Notes under the pieces: model-generated | Seen by the model: the letters and a program-made list of their open reading frames with translations, nothing else | The model's database searches: none | Told to the model about the DNA's origin: nothing | Source: Octopus bimaculoides | Lineage: Eukaryota | Reading direction: 5' to 3' | Length of the DNA: 32,841 bases | Assembly: GCF_001194135.2 (NCBI RefSeq) | Contig: NC_068983.1 | Coordinates: forward strand, 34,656,253 to 34,689,093 | Made by a program: the position numbers and the translations under genes | In this document: positions 32,791-32,841 of the stretch, piece by piece | How positions within the stretch are numbered: position 1 is the stretch's first letter | Layout of the letters: every line of letters starts with the position of its first letter

Positions 32791-32841
<51 letters not shown>
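32683..32841. repeat. (TCTA)n/(TCTG)n-(CT)n-(TA)n microsatellite to the window end
   Basis: Directly visible. Confidence 0.96.

Noticed and set aside
1-32841. CRISPR arrays, prokaryotic operons or defence systems, rRNA or true tRNA genes
   Set aside because: No regularly spaced repeat-spacer array, no dense coding and no full cloverleaf; the tRNA-like boxes belong to SINE heads, and the DNA is eukaryotic repeat-rich sequence.

Overview
AT-rich, microsatellite-dense eukaryotic draft-assembly DNA with seven N gaps. It looks like a cephalopod (Octopus-type) genome; this is inferred from recalled octopus tRNA-derived SINE families and the repeat landscape, not from a search. No complete host gene, rRNA/tRNA gene, CRISPR array or operon is supportable, and almost all long ORFs in the track are artefacts of microsatellites or N runs. 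The window is mainly transposon remnants: three Penelope-like fragments (RT at 1-207; GIY-YIG at about 8.1-9.2 kb and 17.8-18.1 kb), a CR1-like LINE 5' half (13.9-16.2 kb), three RTE-like LINE pieces, three R4/Dong-like 3' ends abutting (TAA)n, an internally deleted maT/Tc1-mariner, and several SINEs. The best second-look items are: a perfect 46-bp palindrome where the CR1 copy breaks off; two R4/Dong-like families stacked on one (TAA)n tract; a SINE split by a Penelope carrying a decayed hammerhead-like motif; a 534-bp-period duplication with nested inverted repeats; and phase-compatible candidate exons of an unidentified minus-strand gene. I found no convincing new multi-gene system.
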